A DNA stretch of 64,000 nucleotides from Fimbriosthenelais zetlandica (lineage: Eukaryota): the NCBI GenBank assembly GCA_977030845.1, contig OZ365114.1:18414001-18478000 (forward strand), written 5' to 3'. The first letter of the stretch is position 1. Every line of letters begins with the position of its first letter. Shown here piece after piece: positions 37,083-49,640 of the stretch. The notes beneath the pieces are model-generated. The model did no database searches, was not told the DNA's origin, and was given only the letters and a program-made list of their open reading frames with translations. A program made the position numbers and the translations under genes.

Positions 37083-39559
37083 GTCACAAGCTAGAATGAA
37101 ACTTTATCAGCAAAACTGACATCTCTGAGTTCCCTTTTCCACTATTAATCATAAGACCTCGCTGTCTACCTATACATTATTTCTCATGGTAAACTGATGG
37201 CTTTACAAAGTGGAAATTCCAAGCATTGCCCCAAGAGAAGGCTCAGAAGCATGTAGGATTAGCTCGGTTGGTCAGAGGTCGTAGAGTGTTAGTTTTAAAT
37301 CTCTAGCCGGACGTTTAGCATGATGAGAGCAGGGAGAGCAGGTGGTGTGGGGGCACCTTGGTCTGCTCTTACACCCGTCTCCTTTATCTAACACTCTCCC
37401 GGCTACAGTAAACCAAGGCTGGCTCATCATGAGCTGCTCATTACTCGCTCCGCTCGTCTTCTGAGCAGGTGAAATCAGGCTTCTTCAAGCATGAGAAGAC
37501 CTTCTACAACTAATGTATATCTTACGACTCAAACACGATTTGTTGCTTCAGTTGGCCTAAAAGTTGCAGCCCTCCCATGTTGCTTTGTTTGAGTGAATTC
37601 ATCCTAATTGATAGGCGTTCATATTATGGGGAGAGCAGTGCCAGAGGTTTGTAAAGGCAATTCAATGTTGAAATCATATGGAGAGGCAATGACATGGAGT
37701 GAGATGTCAGATGCCAATCACTAGCTTTACCTTGTTAATGGGGAATGGATGTTAATATTCATATTGGCACATAGCACATCACATTAGTCTGGATGCTGAT
37801 ATATAAGGAGGCCATATAAACTCAGATTTACCTGGTTAGGTTATACTCTGAGTCACTGTCTTTTCACCCTTCCATATGTTGAACTTTGGACGGCACAGCA
37901 TGAAGCAGGAGCTGGCATGGTGTATAGTACACTATACACCAGACAACCATTTTCACACGCTTTACCTCACCTGTCACTTAGCACTGCCTCTACCGGTAAT
38001 TAAGCGAGCTGCTCGCCCGCTCAGTACCCACTCCTGCTGGACGTGGGAACTGCTCACCTTTGCTAAGCTCCCGTCAGCTAAATCCCACTCACATAAATGA
38101 TAGATGTGGATATTAGGTGCTATGTTTAGCTCCTAATCGTGCTTTTGAAGGCAACATTTTTAGGAGAATGGAGCTTTGGTGAATGGAAAACAATGGCAGC
38201 TCTATACCTTGGAGCCTACCTGTACAATAGACAGAACTGGTTGACTGCTCCAATTTCTATGATAATACAGAAGAAAATCCTTTGTAGTATTCCACAAAGA
38301 ATCTATCGCCGACATACATGAAAGAAAGTAACAAAGAGTCATAAGAAAAATATCATATCATGCTAGTTTTTCGTAGCAAACCTACCTTATTTATATCCAC
38401 TTGTTGGTAGTAATAATTATCCACTATTTTGAAGTAATAAAACAGTTCTTCACTGCTGACCCAACTCGTATCACCTGGAGGTCCCATGATGGAGGTGGGG
38501 AGGTGGTAGTAACAGTACCCCCCTCTGTCCCCCTCCTCCTCCTCCAGCTCCCCCATACAGGAGGACTCCCCACTGCTGGAGGAAGAAGATGTCCGTGGTG
38601 CGCTCCTCACCATACTCCACAACTCCAGAGCCTGCTGGAGGTAGCGTAATCCAAGCGTTGTCATCTAATGTACATGGTCTATATATCACTTGATTATTGT
38701 CTGCCTGCTTTGGTTTACATCTAACAACCAGTCCTTTTTATATTTCCAATCCTATTGATTCAATGACGAACAATATCACAGTTTCAAAATCTTGCTACTA
38801 TGAATTTCAGAAATCGTCATGTCATTCATATGCTTTCCCTTTTGCCTTCTTGAGAAGGTCGTGAATAAGCAAAACAGTATCGCTTTCGTGGAATATTATC
38901 CAAAGGTCGATATAAAGGAAAGTCAAATTACAAACTTAAAAGTATACCTCCTGAGGACATTTATAAATACCAAGGAAGGTTTGGGCTAATGTCACGCCTA
39001 GCAATCATAAGGTCTGTGTAAAATTCAAACATCTGTTCCTTCAAATGCGGCCTGTGAAGTCCGGAGATGGTTCAATGCGGTCCCAACTCAGCACATGAAC
39101 CGACTCTGTCCATGAATACCAGGAAAATAGAGTCTGAGAGTAGTGGGAGGGTCTCCAGAGCCCAGAGGGGGCGTGGCCAACTCACGGGTCGTAGATCTTG
39201 ATGAGTGTGAGACAGATGTACTCCAGTGGGAAATGAACACACACACACTGACCCACGCACCCACCCACATGCACACAGAGGACGATTGGGTATGTGTGAA
39301 GTAGGTGGTTCCTATCACTCTACAACCTCCAGTAAATTGTGATTCATGAGGTCCAAGAGGAACCGAGCAAGACCAGGAGGAAGAACACACACACTCCCGC
39401 CACTTACTGGAGGATCCTAGAGGATGAGGCTAATGGGGGAGCTTCCTAAAACTTAGGTCTAAGGAGCTGGTCTTTTAACGCGGTAACAGCGCCCATTAGC
39501 ACCAATTCAGTCCCCTCTTCCTCTGGGTTAATTGCTTCTATAAGCAAACTTTTGTTCTT

Positions 39560-40560
39560 ATACGTCAAACTGCTCCTATGAGCTCATGAGCAATTGTTCC
39601 TAGATTTCACCAGCTCACATGAACTCCGAGCCTTTTGTACCTTTTGGTTTGCAGCAAACGGCCCTTGTCCTCCGTCCGCTGTGAGGGGAAACATAAGGGG
39701 AGAAATGGGGCAAAGAATTAGTGGGTTTGAGTGAAATGAGGGTGAATAATAAGCTTCCTTCAGAGCTTTGGAATTAAAAGCTAGATCTGCTTTGAATGGC
39801 AAGTGGTGATGCGCATGGCAGCGCACTTTGAATTAAAAATATCTAGTTTTTATAAGGCTGAATTTACATGAGAGGGGAATACAACTGGAGTGGAAGATGA
39901 TTGAAAAGCAGAGAATTTTATTCTACCGAAAAACCGCAGATTGATGGTATTGGGACTTTTTCAGAAGGTAAAGTAAATGCTTTTTTATTACAGTTGATGA
40001 GACTGGGTTGCTCACTGGGGTAATGGCCAATGCTCAACCTCTCGATTGTCTATCTCTACCCAAGGCGGTTCGGACAATCGAGAGCTCAATTTGTTGGCAA
40101 CCGGCAAAAAAACAAACCGCCACTTGAGAATCAATCCCACTGATGGCGTTTGGACTTCCGCTTTCTGTGGCTGACACCGAGTCCCACTCAAAGCGCTGGT
40201 AGCAGGAGGGCCCTTTACAGGGGAAGGCTTTCCTTCCCCCAGGACAATGAGGGCCCTCAGGCAGGGCCCAGAGAAAGAAGGAGAGAAAGGGATGAGCAGC
40301 TACTACTCCCACTATGCTTCTCTTCTTACAGCAATGTGCCCTACTTTCTCCTGTTCCTTGGAGAAACCCAGAGGGAGCAAGGAGAGGGAATAGTGGCCAG
40401 ATGGGGTGGGGTATATATTAAATATGTTATATATACAATACGGCCACAGCTGGCTGGGTAAGAGCTGTTGTCTCCCCTATATACCACCCCAGCCTTGGAT
40501 CCTATTCGCAGGCTCCTCCGCAAACAAAGCCATCGACCAGGCGAGGAATTCCTGAGAGCC
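39560..40560 (+). mobile_element. Eroded DIRS RT / RNase H remnant
   Basis: DWVAHWG..DNRELNLLA (GWGAH..HINxLELxA), KALVAGG (YxxxQGG) and LPYIPPQPW (YAFPP) occur in colinear order. Confidence 0.4.
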
Positions 40561-41569
40561 ACTCACTGAGTCTCTCTCTACTTTTCTCTCCTCAACTCTT
40601 CCTCCATCAGTCCCTGGACCAAGGCCTCTTCACAATGAATTGGGCCGGCTGGGACTCCTCGTCTAATCGTGCGCCAAATAACACGTCCATCTCAATCGAT
40701 GGTACAAATACACAAACCACACTGGCGGTTTGAGGCCACTGATAATTGATATAGCAATGAATGACTATGGTTTACAATGCCAGGCTATGGTGAGAGATGC
40801 ATGGGGAGTGGTGTTTGCAGGGAGATATTGTCATCTCACTGTAATCACTGACAAGAGGGGTCTATAATCTGCTATGATCACTGTTCCCAGTGGATTATCA
40901 CTCGTCCAGGGTGGTTAATCCATGAGAGGGGGGTGTGTGATTTGTGAGAGTCGCCCTCCTGATAATGCGGCTGGTAGTGGGAGATTAACAGGGTCAGCAA
41001 TGGTAGGAGGGTAAGGTCGGGTCATGCTATACTAGAACAACCAGCATGTGGCTCTGTTTACATTCGATATTGTCAGTGACTCATCTGCTCTACTAAACCT
41101 GCTCAGGACTTTCAAATTTGGGTAGATTTTCATTTATATAAAACATGACAAATCATGTGCTGCATGTCAAATAAAGCACATGGTTTTTCAAGGGCTACTA
41201 GAAAGTAAAAGCATTGGATATTGATTACAATGTGTTATGCGCACAGCATGCTTCCATTTTCATTATCTTGATGGATAACCATGCCATGAAAAACCATGGG
41301 TAGATAGCACTAGATTTGCCAAGGGGTCTTAAAAGAAAAAATGGCAAGTCTAATAGGCCGAGCCATCTCAAGGACCACTTATCCTATCTACCCATATAAC
41401 GGGCAGAGTTTAGCGGCTTATAACCAATAATCCCATCTCCCTCTCCCTGCCTAATCCCACATTACACTGAAGGATCCAATAAATAAGCCTGATAAATATT
41501 CAAATAACTACTTGAAATCATACGGCCTTGTAAATAATTCCCACCTGCATGTCACCCATTATGATTTAT

Positions 41570-42780
41570 AGCCATTTCATGTCTGATCCATTTCTGCCTG
41601 GGGTACTATTACCGTAATGGCCTGTCTTTATAAAACAGTCCCCAATCAGTACCCGCGGGGTAAGTGGTGGGAGGGGGTGCATTATTACTGGGGGTGCGGT
41701 AATATCAGGCCATCCACCCCATACATCAACTATATGATCACTGTGAAAGCCTTTGTTGTTGAGAACACAACCCAAGGGTGAAGCGCAGCGAGGGAACACA
41801 TTCACTGACGGTGAGGCACTGATGGGATGTCCCTGATTCAAATCCAAATGGTTACCTCTCATAATTCAGTAGCATCAAGGACCCAAGAGTGCAGCTGAAA
41901 TTGATTATCAGCTAAGGATGGGAGGTTCTATCAACAACAATTTTAAGTGGAATGTAGGCAAAATACAAGAGGGTCCCCTTCCTGAATGAAGCTTGCGAGG
42001 CACGCGCCTGGGGCCGAGTATAGCCCAGGTGTGTTTGGTATCTAGCCACGTGGCTCTGTGTGCGTCTGTCTATCTGTGTGTATTCAGGACACAGGTAGCG
42101 GTGGGTAACCACAAACTAATATGGCGCAGGATGACCCCGCCCTGTCATACCCCAGCCAAGCTGTCATGGTAACAAGGGTGGTTGCTAAGCAACCTAATGA
42201 ATCTTTCTCCTCGGCTGGACCACCGCTTTTGAGTCAGCCACTCCACCCCTGACCCACACCTAGTGAGTGAGTGAAATCGTGTCAATGGCAATGGTTGTAT
42301 GGATTTTTTTCTTTTGTCCCCCGCTTTGAAGCCACTATTTATTTGTTCACAGGAGGTTTTCAGTGAAATCGAGCATAACTTTCATAAGTATGCCATAATT
42401 ATCAAACAATCAAACCAATTTTCTATTCCCATGGTGAGCTATTCTGTTGTCCCTCGCCTCATTTATCCACATAGATTTTACCACCAACTCTCCCCGAAAT
42501 TGATGGGGGAGACATGAGCCAAGATGGCTGTTAATGGCCACATACTGACTCCATGATGGACAGTGATGGGAGAGATGTGGTGGTAGGTTGGCAGATAATA
42601 ATTGACCTTTCTCCTGGTAATCTTGATAGGGTGATAAGAGGAGGATGTGGATGGCCGTCTCCCACCTGCCAACTCCTGCCAGTGGTTCCCGATCCACTCT
42701 TTTCACCAGGTGTATAATGTCAATTAATTCCCTGAATAAACCTTCATTTCCTTCCTTCCAGGCATGGCCTGGCACTTAAT
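41570..42780 (-). mobile_element. Eroded Gypsy pol remnant (RT then RNase H)
   Basis: VAINSHLGSCLPH (DxxxLN..PxP), THLGY (YLG), CASPLGCVLNNKG (DAS..GxGxVLxQ) and IGDCFIKTGH (GxxFxxxTDH) occur in colinear order. Confidence 0.45.
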
Positions 42781-45700
42781 TGGATGTTCGTTACTAAGCA
42801 ACGTGAATCCTAATCAATCCTTCTGCTGAACACCTTTTGGACCAGTCGCTAATTAAATGAGTAAATATAGGCAAGATTTCATAGAAACTATCAGAGAAAT
42901 GATATCATTCAAAACAAGATTCCCAACCCAATTCTTTTGCGGCAACTTAATTGGGAGGAAGGCAGCCGGCAAAAGCCAGGTGAAAGTATTTAAGAAGTTA
43001 TAAATAAATGTTCCACGAAGTACTTTTTCAAAGTAAAAGTAAAGGTAATATTTCGATACAGGTGAGCTCCTGCTGAGGTAATACAAGAAGGCCATCTGTT
43101 GAAATGAGGTTTGCCATAAATATCTCAAACCTCCCACAGTGGTGTAAATCCCGATGCCTTTTAGACAGAAAAACTTCTAGGACTAGGCTTATGTTTGTTC
43201 ATTAGTAAACGCCCACCCTCGGGTCGTTATGTCCTATAAATACAGGCGGATTCTTTCTTGCTTACAACATAAATCCCCTGAAACAAAAACAGAGGGGATG
43301 ACTTTAGCTTGCGCCTGGCAAACAAGATGCTTTCTGGCGGTTTATCTCTTACAAATTATTCACAGAAAAGACTGGTAGAAACTGGCTGAAAAACAGCTGC
43401 TCAGAGGAAAACCTGATGATGATCAAGTTGACAGCTTCCAGAGGTGGTGGTGGCCTGGACTGGGGCGTTGAGGGAGGGTAATTAATACCTCACTAGCTTA
43501 TGACTGGTGTCCTCACGACGAGCAGGTGTGGCCAGGTAAACTAATCTCACCACAACCAATATCTCTAGCCGGAGGCCACCTGTCCAAGCCCAGGGCCATT
43601 CCTACTACAAGCAGGGATCAAATCTCTCCAGCTTTTGTGTAACGCCTGGTTCTACACCTGTTAAAGTCCCGGAGCCTGTTTCAAAACAACCATCAGCAAT
43701 GCTAGGTATAAGGGAACTTTCTCCGCTGAAACGGGTCCCTGATGATCAAATTACCGGCCCACCTTTAAGACTTAATCATATACCTTCTTCAGCTTTCAAT
43801 GTCTCTCTCTCTCCCTTTTACTGTACAATGTAGTGGCAACAAATGGTTTTAGCCATTCTATATCTGGCGTGTTTAAAAACTCCCCATATCACCTTTATCT
43901 AGGACAAATCTGGCAAGAAGGTAGATTGGCTTCTGCATAAACAATAGGCGATAAATGTGACAAAAGGGCAGGGGGATTCAATTACAGACTATTGATTCAC
44001 TTCTTTGAATGAAAAAGAATATTATCAGGCTCTGATCTTTAGTTGGCTAATGGATCCTATACTTATTTCCAGAAAGACGCAACCAAGAACTCCATATTGT
44101 GAAGGGCAATTAGATGTACACTAGCAAAATACTATGAATGGTTTCCTTAATATCTGCTCCAAAATTATTTTCACAGAAGTAAGATAAGCACCTATGGTAA
44201 ATCCAGACGTATGATGAATTTTTAACTCCCGCTCGTATTGGTTCCTTTATTTGCAACTCCAGTTCAGGATGTCCCGTCACCAGAATTGCTCCCAGATCAG
44301 ATGAAGGGACCGACGCGGCGATGGGAGGAATAAATAATTTTTCTCTGCCCCTCCAGCGCTGTAGGTATAGTACAGATTTCCACTTCTGGAGGTGACCGGA
44401 TCAATATTCCCCTTGGGAGCAATGTAACTGAATACTTGCTGTATGTATTTCTGTGTATGTGTATATACATACATCAAGGTAATAAAACTAGTGTTAGTAT
44501 AGATGGGGTGTCAGTCGGCGAGAGATAAATGGAGTGATGTATTATGCTCCTATCACATGCAATATAACAATATCTCAGGCTCGCACACGCTCCCTCCCTC
44601 CTTTACCACCTTGCCTTAGGGTAACACAACAACTGCTGCTGCTCTTGGGCCATGGGGTCTGCTTGCTTTAAGCAACACAAGCCCGTCATGGACAGCCGAG
44701 TCCTCCTTCACACACTGGATGGATAATTGTATCAATATCTCCCTTGCTCCCAGTAATATCCAACTGGTACATTCCCATCGCGAGCTGCTGCTCCTTCTCC
44801 ACCTTCACTTAAACCAACTCAGAGTCGCTCGATCCTTGTACTGTAGTTTCTGTGTTAGTTAGTGACCGACCCTGAGCTTCTCACTTATCACAGTGGTAGT
44901 CACTGAGTCACTCAGACTCAGTTGTTCAACTGTCCGTGGTCTCTCTTCATGGATATAGGGTATCCAGGTGTGCTGGGTTTTCCCACCTCTTCTTCCTTTT
45001 CCTCCTGGGCCACTATCTCCTGCTCGGAGCAGCTCCTAGTCCAACAGGTGAGTTGAACACCTGGAGAAGTAAGTGTGTGTAGGTGGTATTTCACCACCTA
45101 GGCTCCTGGAGGAGCAGGAGTAAGAGGAGGGAGGGTGGAGGTAGGTGTATTGGGACCCATGACTAGTCTAGGCCGGGTAGCGTGGTGGTGGTGGTCGGTG
45201 GGCTGGGTGTGTAGTAGCTGATAGTAGTACAGGGAGCTTCCCCCACTCTCTACTGTTGTGAAGCTGGGGAGCCGTGGGTGTAAACACGACCATGCTGCTC
45301 CACGGCCAGCCAATGAGAGGTCCCGTACTGGCGGACTATGAGACACCTGACCAATCACAGGGGATGTAACATGGATGGTCCCAAGCATCATGGTTGTCTT
45401 GGTAACTGAAAAGCGGTTGTGTGGGAAGGGCCAAGCAGAGAGGGGAATAGGGAAGGGAAATAAGGAGAATGGATGAATTCATCATTATTTAAAATGTGCG
45501 TTTTAGTATGTTACATGTTACAGTGCTAAGGGAAGTCAGGTTCATTTAGGTAAACTCTTTTTATGATTCTATATAGTTATATCTCTATTCTGAAAAACAG
45601 GGGACACTGTAGGAATAGATAGTCTTTCAGCATGGGGCCATTAAGCCACATAATAGAGGCACTTCCACCATAGACGGGTGATGTTCGGTTGATAGGTAAG

Positions 45701-46559
45701 GGACAGGCATATTTATATAAATGTATGCTATCTCCAGAGGTTAGCCCACACTAAAAACATCCCCAGTACACATCCGTGACCCATAGAGGGGCTATGGCCC
45801 TCCAGGGGCTTCAGGCAATGTCTTATCACCCTCTCCCACTGGTATTTTCTCTATTTCAAACCCTAGAGAATGTCCGAGCCTGGGGTAAGTAAGGAGGGTG
45901 GGGAGGGGCAATGAGCGAATGGATGGCTGAATATTTCAAACCATCACTTATGAGGTCATGAATAATTCGAGGAACACATCCTCTTTGTATGGAGAAGCAT
46001 TTGCCCTGCTCCGGCCTAACCTATAATATTGAATGTCAAATTAACATAACGCATAAGTGATAGTTCTGGCAATGGATGTGGGATTGTCCTTTTTGTATCT
46101 GTAATGGACTTATTATCATCTGACACGAGTTTCTGGCATGGTGTTTAGTTAGGATACTCTGTGCCATGCACTTCACTGTTCAGCAGTCTGATATGCTGCA
46201 AACAAGACAAGTTGGCAATGAGTGTAGCCTCCATGGTGAGAATGTGGGATAGGATTCAGACCACCCATATCTTGCCTTTCTCTAATAGCGGAGAGGGTAA
46301 CTAAATACATCTCGCCAGCATCCTTATATCCAGCTACACTTGGCAGTAGAGAGGCTGTTGAAAGAGCATGGAGTGGTCTGGGTCCCGCAGAGAGGCACGG
46401 GTCTGAGGGCGAGGAGGTGGAACTGCTGAAAAACCATCTAAAAAAGAATCCCTAATTGGCAACGCTTCTAAACTAAAGGGGGCTCAGCGAGCCTCGTCGA
46501 TTGTTGCCTTGGGTTTGCCTGTAATGATCGAAGTTTTAAATGTAAAAGAGAATGGGAAA

Positions 46560-46860
46560 GACCTGGCAACTTAACCGAAAAGAGAGAATGCACATGGACA
46601 ACACAAAACATGTCTGATGGTAATTGCAGTGTCGTTGGGAAAAGCTGATTCACTGACATGCGCCCGGACAACCGACATGAAGACAGATCAAGGCCCTGCT
46701 AATGGTAAAAGATATGCCAGGGCAGCAATGACGATCCAAACCCTCTCAAATTTAATGAACATGCCTTGTTTTCCGCCTGATGCCCAAGGCCTATATGGTG
46801 GTAGGGAGGGCACACAATGCACCCCTTGCTGCCTGGGGCTGGAAACGGCTGCTTCATCTC
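46560..46860 (+). mobile_element. Eroded Gypsy integrase remnant
   Basis: KTDQGPANG..MPCFPPDAQGL resembles xSDQGxxF..TxxYxPQxxG. Confidence 0.4.
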
Positions 46861-47546
46861 CTCCGGCCACGCGCGACCCAGGCAGGGGGACACTACAAAC
46901 TATTCATTTTCAAACGGTACATAATTTAGTACCCGTACCATAAAAAGTGGATGAAACATTGCCATTTCATAGAAATCCATTGTTCATCTCTACATTCAAT
47001 GATCAATTCTTCAACCTATATTCAATGATATAACTGTCGCAGGGCAATGAAAACTTTTGCCTATGACACACACACAAATTTCTGTCCGCGAAAATATGTA
47101 CCTTTAGGGGAGGGTATGACGCGTGCGGATATAATGTGAGGGTGGGTGTGTGACATGGTGCGCGACATGTGATGACAGGTGTGGGGCTAGTTTGTTCTCT
47201 TTTCCACCTACTAGATACCGACAAGCATGCTCTGCTTGATTGTGCTCGTTGATATAATCACTCTACTCATCTCATCAGCCTCCCAATCTTGAAGGAACTT
47301 GATTTGGCTCCCAGATAATGAAATTGGGGAGAGTTGGTTCTTTTCCCTTTGATTTTTGCCAGTCCCTGACAATGGACCGCGCCACTGATAATCAGATCAT
47401 TATGTGGTCTGACATCATCGAAAAGCTTTGTGTCTTGGTATACAAAGCAAATTTCGAGAAAAGTTCATTTCATCTAGAGATGAATTATGCTGAATTCTAT
47501 TATATCTAAAGCATCCAGGTGCAATTCCAGATTTTCCATAGATTTT

Positions 47547-47578
47547 CTCCACCGCTCGAAGAAAAACGAGCGGTGGAG
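47547..47578. other. Perfect GC-rich hairpin (12-bp stem, 8-nt loop); possible Helentron/HINE-like terminus
   Basis: CTCCACCGCTCG-aagaaaaa-CGAGCGGTGGAG. The hairpin is certain; the element assignment is a guess. Confidence 0.6.
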
Positions 47579-49202
47579 GCTAAAGCATAGTTAGTAGGCT
47601 TAGAGAATGTCAATAAAAGTCTCTTACAATCATGGGGTAATATTTGCTCGCCCAGCTGGTGTAAATATGCAAAAGGGACAAGTATCAGTCAACTATCACG
47701 GCACCCGGCCGCCAGGCAGATGGCAGTGGTGTGCCTACAGATTGACAGGTCATCCAGTCACGTGCCGCCGTCCACGTGCCAGGCTTTTATCTAGGCCACG
47801 CCCCCTGGCCTCTTACCTTTCAGCAACATGTGCTTTGGTGGTAAAAATTTACCATAAAGTGCCTGTCGGATCTGGACTGTATCTTTGAAGGCAGCTTTTT
47901 AAGTGCTTTTCAGTTGGTCGTCCACATGGACCGCTGTTTCAGGATACACTAATGGTTTGAACAGACTAGTGCAGTATGCAGGCGACTTTTTAGAGACGCA
48001 CGCAGCCTAAATCAAGCATGACAAAAAACGCAAGAAACCGTAGGCGTTTGCAGTCTGTTCCAGGTATAAGGGACCTCCTCCCCAGAAAGTGGTTATACTT
48101 CTTCACAAAGAACTAATCTTTGAAGACCTAAAGTCAGTCTTAGGTGGTGAAACATTGCTTAAAGCAATGCTTAGTCTTTTTTCAGGAGACAAACAGAAGG
48201 AAGAGGAGTGAGGTACCAGAACTTCCATTAAAAAGTCAGAGAGATACCTGGTAGATAAAGTGAGGAGTGACACAACACGCAACTTGCATCTCTATACTAC
48301 AAGCCACATAGATTTCAATGGTGGCCAGCTTCAAATACACTGAGTCATATTCAGTACCACTCTAGCCAGATAGACCTTCAGAGACAGAGTATAGTCTTTG
48401 TGGACTATGTTTACTGTCATTCACATGTCAAAGTTCCACATGCCTTGAGGACTTAACTATGAATATTTTTTACCTGAAGAATAAACATACACACGTGCCA
48501 ACACCCCAAGGCTCTATTACTGATTTGTCCCGATTATATTTCACCCAGAGCGATGACTTATGCCTTCATAAAATTAATGTGCCCTTAGATTTTTGACATC
48601 ATGGTCTTATAACAAAGAAAGCCAGGCAGTTGAACCACATTGAGTATCAAGAGGTGGTGGGACTTGGTTCTATATATATATACAGGCGAGTAGGTTTTTA
48701 AGAGTAAAGGCCTTGCTTGGGGCTGAGGGTTAGTCTACACTTCCTTCTTCCCTTTCCATTTGATGAAGTCGCCCGTGCCGACTAAATGTGTCTCCCGTTA
48801 TCACATTACAGTTCTGCTCCCGTGAGGAATGTCCAATTTTCTGCCCATGCACACTGCTACATCTTAAAGAATCCGTGAAATTTAAATCAAGTTTATGGAG
48901 CGAGGCCTACTTCCGTAAGGTCCCCCGAGACCATTTGACTCAAGGGCCAGTGGCTAGCAATGGTCCTACCTTTCATACAAGGTGATATATATATCGATTA
49001 TAGATTTCAAACTTTGGTTAGGGCAAGAAACTTCATGATTTTTCATGTAGGCCTAGGCAACTTCATTTAAGAAAAAGACCCGTCATACCAGAAAATGCAC
49101 AATAATAATTATTCGCAAGGAGAATAATAAGGCCAAGTGAAAAGACTGGGCTGATCTGTCCTCCCGTCATCCCCAGGGAGTTGAAAGTGAAGTGAAATAT
49201 GA

Positions 49203-49590
49203 GGTTCAGTTGTGATTGGTTAAATCTCACAGAGCGGGAAAAATTTCGCGCGTAGACGGTTCAGTTGCGATTGGCTGAATCTCACAGAGCGGGAAATATT
49301 TCGCGCGGAGGCAGTTCAGTTGTGATTGGTTGAATCTCACAGAGCGGGAAAAATTTCGCGCGGAGACAGTTCACTTGTGATTGGTTGAATCTCACAGAGC
49401 GGGAACAATTTCGCGCGGAGACAGTTCAGTTTTGATTGGCTGAATCTCACAGAGCGGGAAAAACTTTCGTGCGGAGACAGTTCACTGCTGATTGGAAGAA
49501 TCTCACAGAGCGGGAACAAATTCGCGCGAAGACAGTTCAGTGCTGATTGGCTGAATCTCACAGAGCGCGAAAAACTTTCGCGCGGAGACA
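49203..49590 (+). repeat. 55-bp tandem array, 7 copies, CpG-rich
   Basis: The consensus agttcagttgtgattggttgaatctcacagagcgggaaaaatttcgcgcggagac recurs at about 49203, 49258, 49313, 49368, 49423, 49479 and 49534. Confidence 0.97.
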
Positions 49591-49640
49591 GGAGGCGCAT
49601 GCGTAGGCGAACTGTCGCGGCACATGGCGTCAGATTTGAA
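49203..49640 (+). promoter_or_regulatory. Cell-cycle-promoter-like motif cluster (CCAAT and E2F x7, NRF1, YY1/ATG, CHR)
   Basis: Each unit has ATTGG, GCGGGAA (GCGCGAA in the last unit) and TTCGCGC (TTCGTGC in one). GGCGCATGCGTA follows at about 49594, cacATGGCG at 49621 and TTTGAA at 49635. Motif matches only; no activity evidence. Confidence 0.4.

Noticed and set aside
38353-39390. Endogenous viral ORFs in low-complexity purine/pyrimidine-skewed sequence (also 44560-45400)
   Set aside because: No viral hallmark motif was recognised; the low complexity explains the open frames.
49203-49590. CRISPR-like array
   Set aside because: The units are head-to-tail with no unique spacers, there are no cas genes, and the context is eukaryotic. 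The 120-aa ORF at 49337-49699 is just the repeat read on the minus strand.
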